DNA from: Eledone cirrhosa
Taxonomy: Eukaryota
DNA length: 64,000 nt
Assembly: GCA_964016885.1 (NCBI GenBank)
Contig: OZ024759.1
Coordinates: 16,430,001 to 16,494,000 of the forward strand
Reading direction: 5' to 3'
Below the pieces are notes generated by a model. That model saw nothing but the letters and a program-made list of their open reading frames with translations. It was not told where the DNA came from and ran no database searches. Both the position numbers and the translations under genes were made by a program. Shown one piece after another: positions 39,990 through 51,312 of this stretch (position 1 is the first letter of the stretch; every line of letters begins with the position of its first letter).

Positions 39990-40800
39990 CACCTGTTCAC
40001 CTGCTTTCCCTCCGTTTCACAGCTAAATAGTGCATGGCTCAATTCGGTGCCTTCCTCATCAACCGGTACTCGTCTCCATGATGAGTGCACTCATCACAGT
40101 GGCTCAATGCCTTGGCCTCCACGTGTGAGCCACATAAATGCCATTGCAGGGCAGTCGTTGAAAAGTTTGGCCTGCACCCACTGTCTTGCTGCCAGAGCAC
40201 AGGCTGGTCCCCCCCCCCTCCCAGACATGGTGCTCTCAACTACATTGAGCAGGAGCCTGGACACAGCTGGCTTCTCATCTCAACTAGAGCCAGCGGGCCT
40301 TTATCGCAGAGAGGGCAAGCGCCCTGATGTAATCACCCTCTTCCCATTTGAAGGAGGTAGATTCCTCAGCTGGGACGCCACATGTTTTAAGACGTTCTCT
40401 GCCTCCAACTTAGTCGCTTCGACCACAAACCCCAGTACTGCGGCACACTATGTAGAGGAAAGGAAGATAAACAAATACAGGGATTGTCCGTCCACTTCCT
40501 CTTCGCACCAGTTGCCGTCGAGACCTCAGGCGTACCTTGGCCCCCGTACTACCGAACTCCTCCGCACTATCGGAACGTCGACAACCCGTCTGAGGAAGCA
40601 GCTTCGCAAGGTGGGTGTCGCTGGCCATTGTCCACTGGAATGCATTTGCGGTCCTGTCTGCTGTGCGCAGCATCACCATCACCCTCCCCATTCTTCTGTG
40701 ACACTAGAGCCCTTGCCTTTCTCTTCCTTTTCCGGCTTTTTAAAAAAATATTTTCTTATTTTACATTCCATTCTTTCTTTTCAATTAACAATGGAATGTT
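39990..40800 (+). mobile_element. Decayed CRE-like element 3' end with restriction-enzyme-like endonuclease
   Basis: GLHPLSC...RH..LN knuckle remnant, EP.GL.R..GKRPD..TL.PF..G..L.WDAT, E.RK..KY, F.PVAVETSG. Confidence 0.8.
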
Positions 40801-40903
40801 GATAAAAACGATACTAAATGTATGGGAGATAACTCGCAATTTTTTAGAAGAAAGTAGAGAGAAGAGTTCTGAGTGAAGTAAATATTTATGAAAGTCTGTA
40901 GCT

Positions 40904-41041
40904 ATGGCTTCGTTTCTTCTTAGAATCGAAGCTTGTGCTATCTCTAAAGGAACAACAACAGCAATACCTTATCGATGGCTTCACAAGTATGCTTCCAGTT
41001 ATTTACATTCTGGTCGTTTCTGCTCAACAACTACTAGAGTA
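40904..41041 (+). CDS. LAP3: Probable LAP3 coding exon 1 (presequence-like N-terminus MASFLLRIEACAISKG...RFCSTTTRV)
   Basis: ATG-initiated 46 codons, GTATGT donor, phase 0 matching the next exon. R/S/T-rich and acid-poor. No family motif, so assigned by position and phase. Confidence 0.6.
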
Positions 41042-42049
41042 GTATGTGTTTACCTTTTTATTTACTTTTCATTTGTGCTACCCGTACCCCACTTTGTTCC
41101 GATTGCGGTAAATTGTTATCATTCCACCCGGCTAGAGCGGCATTTAATTATCTAAAAACAAACAAAAAAGACAGGTAATTTCAGACGGTTTTGAAGGTCA
41201 GATTCGTTCAAAATCACATTTTAAAAAAACCAAAAAAAAAACCCATAATACATAAATTTCATCTCCAACGCAAGACGTGTGTAATAATAAAAATATACCC
41301 TGCTTTCTTAAAGACTGATCTTCATCATATTTTATATCTTTTTATCTCTATCTCGTGAAGGTTCACGAGTTAGGGGAGTTCGGCTCACGATCTTAAGGTC
41401 GTAAGTCCGATTTAATGGTGGCATGCTGTGCCCTTGAGGAACAGCACAGTTTATTTCAGGTTGTTTCAGTCCACTCACCTGAGAGTGGTAGGGGTGAGTT
41501 TTACCTGTAATTCAAAGTGAAAATAACGTTTTGGTCACGGCAGTAGTTTGAACTCGTACCGATGCAATTTAATATCTCGCTTGAATTAAAACCACACATA
41601 TAGATTGAATAATGAAAACAAAAAGACGAGGTTCAGCGCTTAATCAAACGATGTTTTACGATCGTTTCAAAGGGTGAAATGAACCACGATAATATCGATA
41701 TATTGACTAATCGATAGCAGTTTTCTAATTCATGTTATTAGCCCTGGAAAAACACATCCATCTCGCTATTCATCATATGTAATTTCTCGTGGCTAACATC
41801 AACAGCAACAGTGGACACACGCACATCAAGTGACATTTATTTATAATTATCGAATAGGCTCTGTAGCCGGTAAACCCTGAAAGGACGCAACACACATTGC
41901 TATAGCGTTTCACCAACCCCTTCCTTCTGTTATCTGTATCTGTTTAAGTATTTACGTGTAGATGTGTAGATGTATGTAACTAAAGCGTAACGTACGTTAT
42001 GAATGGACGACTAGATGATTTTAACTTGTTTTTTTTAACAATTGATGGT

Positions 42050-42640
42050 GGAAAAGATTTCAAATTGTCTTAACTTGGGTGGCAACTCATGGTGGCTGAC
42101 ACTCTTACCGGCTACATAGCCTCTTCCTATAATTATGATGACTACAGCAAAAGAAGTCGCGTGGTGGACAAGATTGTGAGGACTGGAGGTCGACACTTTC
42201 CTTATCAATCAAGCTCTCATCGACTTTTTCAAGTGGGGCTTGAAAAGAAAGGTGAGAATGGAGGGGGAGGTGCTCTACAGCAAACAAAGTCGTGTGGTGG
42301 ACCAGACTAAGAGGACTAGGGCCGACACTTTCCTTATCAATCAAGCTCTCATTGACTTTTTCAAGTGGGGCTTGAAAAGAAAGGTGAGAGTGGAGAGGGA
42401 GGTGCCCTCTTCCTGAGAATTATAGAAAAGATGGATGAAAGGTGCAAAAATAGCCAAAGTGAATGGTTCTATTCACAGCATGAACCTGTAGGTCGGGGAA
42501 GGAAAATCAATAGAGGGCACTAGCCCTTGGTCATCAGCATGACTGTTGACTTATGGGGTTCCTCTATTGCCCTTATTTAAGGTGCTCCTGTATCAGGTGG
42601 CCTATTTATCATCATCATATTTTTTTTACTTTTTCCTCCT
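42050..42640 (+). mobile_element. Decayed L1/Tx1-like 3' fragment with an internal ~130-bp duplication; related piece at 25305-25660
   Basis: LIDFFKWGLKRKVRVEREV...RW..AK...VNG. The 25.3-kb piece ends AATAAAG(A)n. Family assignment is tentative. Confidence 0.4.
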
Positions 42641-43400
42641 CATCCGATTTTTATGTAAACCCCCCCACCCCCACCCCACCCAAAAAATCTTATGTAACTT
42701 GTCATTGTAACGTCCCTGCATCCGGCACCCTTGCGGCACTAAAGGAAATAATTGTTTCTACTTTTGGCACAAGGCCAGCAATTATCCCAGTGTATTACTG
42801 GTACTTTATTTTATCGACCCCGTAAAGATGAAAGGCAAAGCTAACCTCGACGGGATTTGAACTCAGATCATAAAGGACCGTAACTTTATGCTGCAAAGCA
42901 TGTCGTCTGACCCTCTACCGATTCTGCCAATTCACCCACTAAAGGAAATAATAATAATGATTTTTTTATTATTATTATTGTTGTTCCATGTTGTTACTGC
43001 ATTAACGAGCATAGCTCTGTGCCTTGGGTATGTGTAGTGTTGTTTTTTGTGTTGGTATTTCTGTTGTATTGAAAGTACTCTTGTATGTGTGTGTGGGTTT
43101 TGGCCCTGCATCAGTTCTAGTGGTGAGTGTTGCAGTTGATACAATCAACTGAACAGCCCAGCCTGCTAGTGAAATTAATGTTCAGGTGGCTGAGCATTCC
43201 ACAGATACGTGTACCCTTAATGTAGTTCTCAGGAAGATGCAGCATTACACAATGTGTGATAAGGCTGGCTGTTTGAATTATTGATACAACTCATTTTCAC
43301 CAACTAAATGAACTGAAGCAAGGTGAAATAAAGTCCCTTGTTCAAGGACACAATGTGTTACTGGGAATCGAACTCACATTTATTGTTCTCTATATTGCAG

Positions 43401-43522
43401 GATAAAAGTTTAGTCCTTGGTGTCTATGAAGCTCCAGTTAAAGGCAACCCTCTTATTCTTTCCAAAGCTGCAAAATATTTTGATGAAAAATATTCAGGAA
43501 AACTCTCGCAAAAAATAAAACT
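43401..43522 (+). CDS. LAP3: LAP3 exon 2 (DKSLVLGVYE...)
   Basis: AG/GT boundaries, K.LVLG.Y motif at the start of the M17 N-terminal domain. Confidence 0.9.
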
Positions 43523-44072
43523 GTAAGTTATTATAAATGATGTTTATTGTTTTAACCCTCCTGGCATGGATTCTACAACTTGATGCTATTTCTATCACTT
43601 TACAGAGTGTACTGGATGCATTTTAACTACCCTGGCATGGATTCTACAGCTAGATGTTCTATCTATCACCAATCACTTTACAGAGTGTACTGGGTGCATT
43701 TTAACCACCCTGGCTTACTTTCTACAGCTAGATGCTTTTTCTATCACCAACCACTTTACAGAGTGTACTGGATGCATTTTAACCATCCTGTTGTATCACC
43801 AACAACGTTACAGGGTGTACTGGGTGCATTTTAATCACCCTGGCATGGATTCTACAGCTAGATGCTTTTTCTATTACCAGCCACTTTACAGAGTGTACTG
43901 GATGCATTTTAACCATCCTAGCTTGATCTCTACTGTTAGATGCTCTTTCTATTTCCAACAACTTTAACAGAGTATACTGGTGGTGGTGGTGGTGATGGGG
44001 TGATGATGATGATGATGATGGGGTGATGATGATGATGATGATTATAACCATTTGTTTGTATGCATTTTTCAG

Positions 44073-44233
44073 GTTTGGGAAGTCTTTTAAGAAAGGTAAA
44101 AGCCATCTGTTATATGGCTTATGTGAGGAGTTCCCCTTGCTAGCTGTTGTGAATCTTGGTAAGGAAGATCAAAGCTATAATGAACTGGAATGTCGACATG
44201 GAGGTCATGAAAATGTTAGAACAGCTGTGGCAA
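44073..44233 (+). CDS. LAP3: LAP3 exon 3 (GKSHLLYGL...VVNLGK...ENVRTAVA)
   Basis: AG/GT boundaries, phase 2/1, EN.R.AVA motif. Confidence 0.93.
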
Positions 44234-44269
44234 GTTAGTTATCTTTCTTGTTTTTCTAAAATCCTAAAA

Positions 44270-44390
44270 CACCTGATGGTCTACCCCTTCCTCTACTTCC
44301 TTCCATATTCATTTCGATCACAACTTCTCATCTAGTCACTTACATCCTTCCTCAGTACATGTCCGAACCATCTCAATCCATTTCTTTTCA
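44270..44390 (-). mobile_element. Decayed RTE C-terminal fragment adjoining the 90-bp satellite
   Basis: Minus strand reads LRWFGHVLRKD...MEGSRGRGRP. Confidence 0.75.
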
Positions 44391-44599
44391 CGTAGGTGAC
44401 ACGTCAAAAAGTTTCTAGTACACACTGTAAATGTGGTTGGTTTTAGGAAGGGCATCCAGCCGTAGAAACCAAGCCAAAATCAGTTCTGTGTGAGCAAAAA
44501 TATAATCCTTCGACCTGGCTTGTCTCACAATGGGACAGCTTGTCTAACCCATGCTAGCATGGAAAATGGATGTTAAACGATGATTAGGATGAACATACA

Positions 44600-45040
44600 T
44601 CACTAACTCTACTTCTCTATCCAGTTACTTTCATCCTTCCTCAACACCTAACCATCTCATTCCATTTCCCTTCACATCAGTCACCACTGACTGACTCTGT
44701 TCTTCTTGCTCAGTCACTTTCATCCTTCCTCAACACATGATCTAACCATCTCATTCCATTTCCCTTCACATCAGTCACCACTGACTCTGTTCTTCTTGCT
44801 CAGTCACTTTCATCCTTCCTTAACACATGATCTAACCATCTCATTCCATTTCCCTTCACATCAGTCACCACTGACTCTGTTCTTCTCGCTCAGTCTCTTT
44901 CATCCTTCCTTAACACATGATCTAACCATCTCACTCCATTTCCCTTCACATCAGTCACCACTGACTCTGTTCTTCTTGCTCAGTCACTTTCATCCTTCCT
45001 TAACACATGATCTAACCATCTCATTCCATTTCTCTTCATA
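44600..45040. repeat. 90-bp satellite, left part (RTE-derived)
   Basis: Unit CATCAGTCACCACTGACTCTGTTC...TTCCCTTCA, same as the array at 51313-55610. Confidence 0.9.
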
Positions 45041-45042
45041 TG

Positions 45043-47457
45043 ACATTCTGTCATATTCCCATATTCTGTCGTATTTTCATATCAAAACAAAACACTATTA
45101 TATATTCCTTTCAATATAAATTGTTAAACTCGCTAAGTTTTACGCAAAACTTCGAGTACCTATTTAAACTTTTAACCTCTGCTCCATCCCATATTCTACC
45201 CCCTACCCATTCATCATGCTGGTTCCTGCCCCCCCCCTCCCTCTCTATACATATAAGATAAAACCCTACCAAAATTAACCAAAATCGCCAACTCGCTATT
45301 GCTGGGATGGCTGTTCCCTTCGGTATAAAGTAACGTTCAAATTTTTCTCGATTCTTCTCTCCATTCGAACCCATTCATTCAATCACTTCTATGTCCTAAT
45401 TTCACACTATATCGTATTTTCTCTAAAAATCATATTTTCCCTATCACCGCATTTTCTCTATCGTATTTTCTTAAACAAAACAAATCTTGTATTTTCGTTT
45501 ATTGTTAAATTATGCCCAATTTTTTCTCGATTCTTCTCTCCATTCGAACCCATTCATTCAATCACTTCTATGTCCTAATTTCACACTATATCGTATTTTC
45601 TCTAAAAATCATATTTCCCCTATCACCGCATTTTCTCTATCGTATTTTCTTAAACAAAACAAATCTTGTATTTTCGTTTATTGTTAAATTATGCCCAAAA
45701 TACGGCGATCTTTTCTTAAACCTTACATTCTGTCATATTCCCATATTCTGTCGTATTTTCATATCAAAACAAAACACTATTATATATTCCTTTCAATATA
45801 ATTTGTTAAACTCGCTAAGTTTTACGCAAAACTTCGAGTACCTATTTAAACTTTTAACCTCTGCTCCATCCCATATTCTACCCCCTACCCATTCATCATG
45901 CTGGTTCCTGCCCCCCCCCCCCTCCCTCTCTATACATATAAGATAAAACCCTACCAAAATTAACCAAAATCGCCAACTCGCTATTTCTGGGATGGCTGTT
46001 CCCTTCGGTATAAAGTAACGTTCAAATTTTTCTCGATTCTTCTCTCCATTCGAACCCATTCATTCAATCACTTCTATGTCCTAATTTCACACTATATCGT
46101 ATTTTCTCTAAAAATCATATTTCCCCTATCACCGCATTTTCTCTATCGTATTTTCTTAAACAAAACAAATCTTGTATTTTCGTTTATTGTTAAATTATGC
46201 CCAATTTTTTCTCGATTCTTCTCTCCATTCAAACCCATTCATTCAATCACTTCTATGTCCTAATTTCACACTATATCGTATTTTCTCTAAAAATCATATT
46301 TCCCCCTATCACCGCATTTTCTCTATCGTATTTTCTTAAACAAAACAAATCTTGTATTTTCGTTTATTGTTAAATTATGCCCAATTTTTTCTCGATTCTT
46401 CTCTCCATTCGAACCCATTCATTCAATCACTTCTATGTCCTAATTTCACACTATATCGTATTTTCTCTAAAAATCATATTTCCCCTATCACCGCATTTTC
46501 TCTATCGTATTTTCTTAAACAAAACAAATCTTGTATTTTCGTTTATTGTTAAATTATGCCCAATTTTTTCTCGATTCTTCTCTCCATTCGAACCCATTCA
46601 TTCAATCACTTCTATGTCCTAATTTCACACTATATCGTATTTTCTCTAAAAATCATATTTCCCCTATCACCGCATTTTCTCTATCGTATTTTCTTAAACA
46701 AAACAAATCTTGTATTTTCGTTTATTGTTAAATTATGCCCAAAATACGGCGATCTTTTCTTAAACCTTACATTCTGTCATATTCCCATATTCTGTCGTAT
46801 TTTCATATCAAAACAAAACACTATTATATATTCCTTTCAATATAATTTGTTAAACTCGCTAAGTTTTACGCAAAACTTCGAGTACCTATTTAAACTTTTA
46901 ACCTCTGCTCCATCCCATATTCTACCCCCTACCCATTCATCATGCTGGTTCCTGCCCCCCCCCCCCCCTCCCTCTCTATACATATAAGATAAAACCCTAC
47001 CAAAATTAACCAAAATCGCCAACTCGCTATTTCTGGGATGGCTGTTCCCTTCGGTATAAAGTAACGTTCAAATTTTTCTCGATTCTTCTCTCCATTCGAA
47101 CCCATTCATTCAATCACTTCTATGTCCTAATTTCACACTATATCGTATTTTCTCTAAAAATCATATTTCCCCTATCACCGCATTTTCTCTATCGTATTTT
47201 CTTAAACAAAACAAATCTTGTATTTTCGTTTATTGTTAAATTATGCCCAATTTTTTCTCGATTCTTCTCTCCATTCGAACCCATTCATTCAATCACTTCT
47301 ATGTCCTAATTTCACACTATATCGTATTTTCTCTAAAAATCATATTTCCCCTATCACCGCATTTTCTCTATCGTATTTTCTTAAACAAAACAAATCTTGT
47401 ATTTTCGTTTATTGTTAAATTATGCCCAAAATACGGCGATCTTATCTTAAACCTTAC
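45043..47457 (+). repeat. Higher-order tandem repeat upstream of the RTE ORF: 3 x [~300-bp unit A + 2/4/2 copies of a 179-bp unit B + linker]
   Basis: Unit A starts at ~45043, 45725 and 46769. Unit B (TTTTCTCGATTCTTCTCTCC...TTATGCCCA) recurs every 179 bp. Copies are near-identical. Confidence 0.93.
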
Positions 47458-47558
47458 ATTCTCGCTAACAACCCATCATCCCTCCCTCCCGCCCCCATGC
47501 ACCACCATTATTACGTGGACCAATCATAAGTCAGAGGCCCATACTATCGCTTAACTGG

Positions 47559-50500
47559 TTGCTTTTCGATATGATGGATGGACTACGGAATTCTGGAGAG
47601 TTGAAGAGAGAAAAATGTGGACGCTCAGCGACAATGCCAAAGATAAAGCCAAATTCACCTCGTGGACGAGAATGCAAGCACTCCTCCTTGTTTCGGCCCA
47701 GGATGGCTAACATAACCCCATCACCCCCCGCGCCCCACCGCTCCCACCCTCCAAACGCAATCCAAAACTTCAGAGTTGGTACCATGAATGTAGGTACCTT
47801 AAAGGGTCGCTCTAACGAGGTTGTAGAAATGCTTGAACGTAAGGAGGTCGATGTTTGTTGTATTCAAGAGACCAGGTGGAGGGGAGGGTCGGCTAGATTC
47901 ATCGTGGGTAAAGAACGATGCTATAAGCTTTTCTGGGTGGGAAATGACAATGGGTTGGGTGGGGTAGGAATCATGGTAGCAGAAAAGTGGGCAGATAAGA
48001 TAATAGACGTAAATAGAGTGAACGACAGAATAATTAAAATAAGACTTGTCCTCAATAAAACTACGGTGACAGTAATATCTGCGTACGCACCCCAATCCGG
48101 ACTGCCCCGCGCTATAAAAGACAAATTCTACGAGACACTGATGCTCGCTACCTCCCAAATAACCGACAGTGACTATATAGTTATTGCAGGCGACCTAAAT
48201 GGTCACGTTGGACAACATTGTGACGGCTATGACGGAATCCATGGAGGCTATGGGTTCGGTACTAGAAATGAGGAAGGCTCCAGAATCCTGGAATTCTGCG
48301 ACGCAAATAACTTAACTATCTGTAACACTAACTTCAAAAAACGAGACAATCACTTGATCACCTATAGATCGGGGGAACACACAAGCCAGGTAGATTATAT
48401 CCTTACCAGAAGACGTGACAGAGTGTCTGTTGTTAACACTAAATCCCACCCCCATGAAGAATTCACCTCCCAACATAGACTGATAATTAGCGACCTCATA
48501 GTCAGGACGAGACGTACTAGACAGCGGAAGAGGACTATCCTCAGGAGAAAAATATGGAAGCTAAAGGACCCCACAGCCAGAAATAAATTCCAAAGCATAT
48601 TACTTGACGCTTTCGACAGTAAGGAAGAGCAATTAGAGTCGTATAATATAGAGGAACAGTGGGAATTCCTGAGAGCAAACCTGCTGACGGCGGCAGACGA
48701 AGTCTGTGGCTGGAGCAGGCCTGTAGGTAGGAGGAGAGTAACATGGTGGTGGAACAGTAAGGTGGAGGAGTCAATTAAGGCCAAAAAGCAGGCTTGGAAA
48801 GTATGGCGGGATGGGGGAAGTAGAGAAGACTATCAAGTGGCCAAGAGGGAAGCTAGGAGACAAGTGTACTTCGCAAGAAGGGAAGCAGAGGAAAGAAAGT
48901 TCAAGCATGTTCTACAACGTGAGGACCAAAAACGTGAGGTGTTCAGGATTGCCAGGCAATGTGTCAAGGAAAACCATGATATTGTCGGGGAGAAGTGTGT
49001 ACTTAACGATGATGGCATACTTGCCATCACCGACGCTGATAAGAAGGTAGCTTGGAAGTGTCACTACGAAAGGCTTCTAAATGAGGAGAACAAATGGGAG
49101 AAAGACAGTCTCCCCCAGATCGATCCAATAGAGGGACCAGCAGTGTTAGTTGAAGGTAGTATAATAAGTAAGGCAATCAAAGATATGAAGACGGGTAAGG
49201 CGGCTGGGCCTTCGGAAATAGTTGCTGAGATGCTGAAGGCATCTGGTTCGGTGGGACACACCATGGTCACCCGGATAGTTAACCAAGTCGTACAGAATGG
49301 GGTTGTTCCGAAGGAATGGCGTAGCAGCATCATCGTTAACTGCTATAAGGGAAAAGGAGATGCCCTAGATAGGAGTAACTATAGAGGCATTAAATTAATC
49401 GACCAGGTCATGAAGGTCACCGAAAAAGTAATAGCGCAACTAATCAGAGAGAGAATTGATCTAGATGAAATGCAGTTCGGGTTTGTGTCAGGCAAAAGTA
49501 CCACAGACGCTCTTTTCATTGTACAACAACTACAGGAGAAGTACCTAGCTAAAAGTAAACCCCTATACTTAGCTTTCGTCGACTTGGAGAAAGCCTTCGA
49601 CAGAGTCCCCCGTTCCATTATCTGGTGGTCTCTTAGAAAACTAGGTGTTGACGAATGGCTTGTGAGAGCTATACAAGCCATGTATAAAGAAACAGTCAGT
49701 AAGGTTAGAATTAACAACGAATATAGTGAAGAGTTTAGCGTAAAAGTTGGTGTCCATCAGGGCTCTGTTCTTAGCCCCCTACTATTTATTATTGCCCTTC
49801 AGGCTATAACAGAGGAGTTCAAGACCGGCTGCCCATGGGAACTCCTATACGCAGATGATCTAACGCTCATAGCTGAATCAATGACCGAACTAGAGAAGAA
49901 ATTCCAAACGTGGAAGCACGGCCTAGAATCAAAAGGCCTTAAAATTAACCTGGCTAAGACTAAAGTTCTAGTTTGTAGGAAAGAAAATAAGGCGGCGGTC
50001 CCATCGGGGAAATGGCCATGCTCAGTGTGTAGGAAAGGCGTAGGTAGAAACTCCATTTTATGTCCCAAATGCAAAGTATGGGTGCATAAAAGATGTAGTG
50101 GGATCACAGGTAAGCTAACTAAGAACATAGATTTTACATGTGGCCGGTGCTCTGGTGCAATAAGTAGCAGAAAGTGCCCACAAAATACTAGCTCCTTCAA
50201 CTGCGCAGAGGGTTCTATAGAAATAGTGGACAGCTTCCGTTATCTGGGTGACAAAATCAGCAGTGGGGGAGGGTGCTCTGAAAGTACAGTAGCTAGAGTC
50301 AGAACTGGATGGAAAAAGTTCAGAGAGCTTATACCACTATTAGCCGCTAGAGGGTTCTCCCTAAAAATGAAAGGCAGGTTATACGATGCCTGCATACGAA
50401 CAGCAATGCTGCATGGCAGTGAGACCTGGGCATTGTGTGCAGAGGATATACGCAGACTAGAGAGGAACGAAGCTTGCATGCTCCGCTGGATGTGCAATAG

Positions 50501-50804
50501 TAATATACGTGAACGGCAAAGCATAAACGAACTAAGGAAAAAATTAGAAATAAGAGGGATCAGATGTTGTTTACTCGAGAGAAGGCTACGTTGGTACGGT
50601 CACGTGATGCGCATGAAAGACGACAGCTGTATAACAAAGTGCAGGGCAATAAAGATAGACGGTAGCCACGGAGTAGGCAGACCCAGAAAAACATGGGACG
50701 AGCTGATAAATTCCGACCTCACACGCTTACACCTCTCCAAGACAATGTCACTGGACCGAGACCTTTGGCGGTACTCAGTAATAGAGAAGACCCGCCTTAC
50801 CTAA
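47559..50804 (+). CDS. RTE ORF: AP endonuclease + reverse transcriptase + PHD-like finger (true start uncertain; ATGs also at 47634 and 47703)
   Basis: APE motifs GTMNV, CIQETR, GDLNGH, VDYIL, SQHRL. RT motifs DLEKAFD, GVHQGSVLSP, LLYADD, YLG. RTE C-terminus HGSETW and LRWYGHV..GRP.KTW. No stops or frameshifts. Confidence 0.97.
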   Translation: MLFDMMDGLRNSGELKREKCGRSATMPKIKPNSPRGRECKHSSLFRPRMANITPSPPAPHRSHPPNAIQNFRVGTMNVGTLKGRSNEVVEMLERKEVDVCCIQETRWRGGSARFIVGKERCYKLFWVGNDNGLGGVGIMVAEKWADKIIDVNRVNDRIIKIRLVLNKTTVTVISAYAPQSGLPRAIKDKFYETLMLATSQITDSDYIVIAGDLNGHVGQHCDGYDGIHGGYGFGTRNEEGSRILEFCDANNLTICNTNFKKRDNHLITYRSGEHTSQVDYILTRRRDRVSVVNTKSHPHEEFTSQHRLIISDLIVRTRRTRQRKRTILRRKIWKLKDPTARNKFQSILLDAFDSKEEQLESYNIEEQWEFLRANLLTAADEVCGWSRPVGRRRVTWWWNSKVEESIKAKKQAWKVWRDGGSREDYQVAKREARRQVYFARREAEERKFKHVLQREDQKREVFRIARQCVKENHDIVGEKCVLNDDGILAITDADKKVAWKCHYERLLNEENKWEKDSLPQIDPIEGPAVLVEGSIISKAIKDMKTGKAAGPSEIVAEMLKASGSVGHTMVTRIVNQVVQNGVVPKEWRSSIIVNCYKGKGDALDRSNYRGIKLIDQVMKVTEKVIAQLIRERIDLDEMQFGFVSGKSTTDALFIVQQLQEKYLAKSKPLYLAFVDLEKAFDRVPRSIIWWSLRKLGVDEWLVRAIQAMYKETVSKVRINNEYSEEFSVKVGVHQGSVLSPLLFIIALQAITEEFKTGCPWELLYADDLTLIAESMTELEKKFQTWKHGLESKGLKINLAKTKVLVCRKENKAAVPSGKWPCSVCRKGVGRNSILCPKCKVWVHKRCSGITGKLTKNIDFTCGRCSGAISSRKCPQNTSSFNCAEGSIEIVDSFRYLGDKISSGGGCSESTVARVRTGWKKFRELIPLLAARGFSLKMKGRLYDACIRTAMLHGSETWALCAEDIRRLERNEACMLRWMCNSNIRERQSINELRKKLEIRGIRCCLLERRLRWYGHVMRMKDDSCITKCRAIKIDGSHGVGRPRKTWDELINSDLTRLHLSKTMSLDRDLWRYSVIEKTRLT

Positions 50805-51312
50805 ATACAAAGTAAAAACCTACTACAGTCAGTAGGCATCTCTATCAAAACACACCCCCGTCCCACCACCCTCCACCCCACCCACACCGCCCCTTTCAAT
50901 GTAAAGTTATGTTGGTCCCACAACATCCAGGCCGAAACAAATGAGATCGTGTAGGTGTCACGACAAAAAACACACAGTCCACGCTGTAAATGTGGCCGTG
51001 TAGGCAACACGGTAAAAACCTCCCAGCCCCACACTGTAAATGTGGTTGGTGTTAGGAAGGGCATCCAGCTGTAGAAAACCCGCCAGACAGTCCACGCTGT
51101 AATGTGGCCGTGTAGGCAACACGGTAAAAACCTCCCAGCCCCACACTGTAAATGTGGTTGGTGTTAGGAAGGGCATCCAACTGTAGAAAACCCGCCAGAC
51201 AGTCCTATGCGAGCAAGACAACCACTCTTGCCTCAAGTGGGAAAACCCCCGTCCAAACCCATGCAAGCGTGGAACACGGACGCTAAACCTGATGATGATG
51301 ATGATGATGATG

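Noticed and set aside
41288-41333. Decayed hammerhead-like string on the minus strand (AAAATA-TGATGA...GAAA-GCAGGG-TA-TATTTT)
   Set aside because: The core C is missing and stem III does not pair, so it cannot be distinguished from chance.
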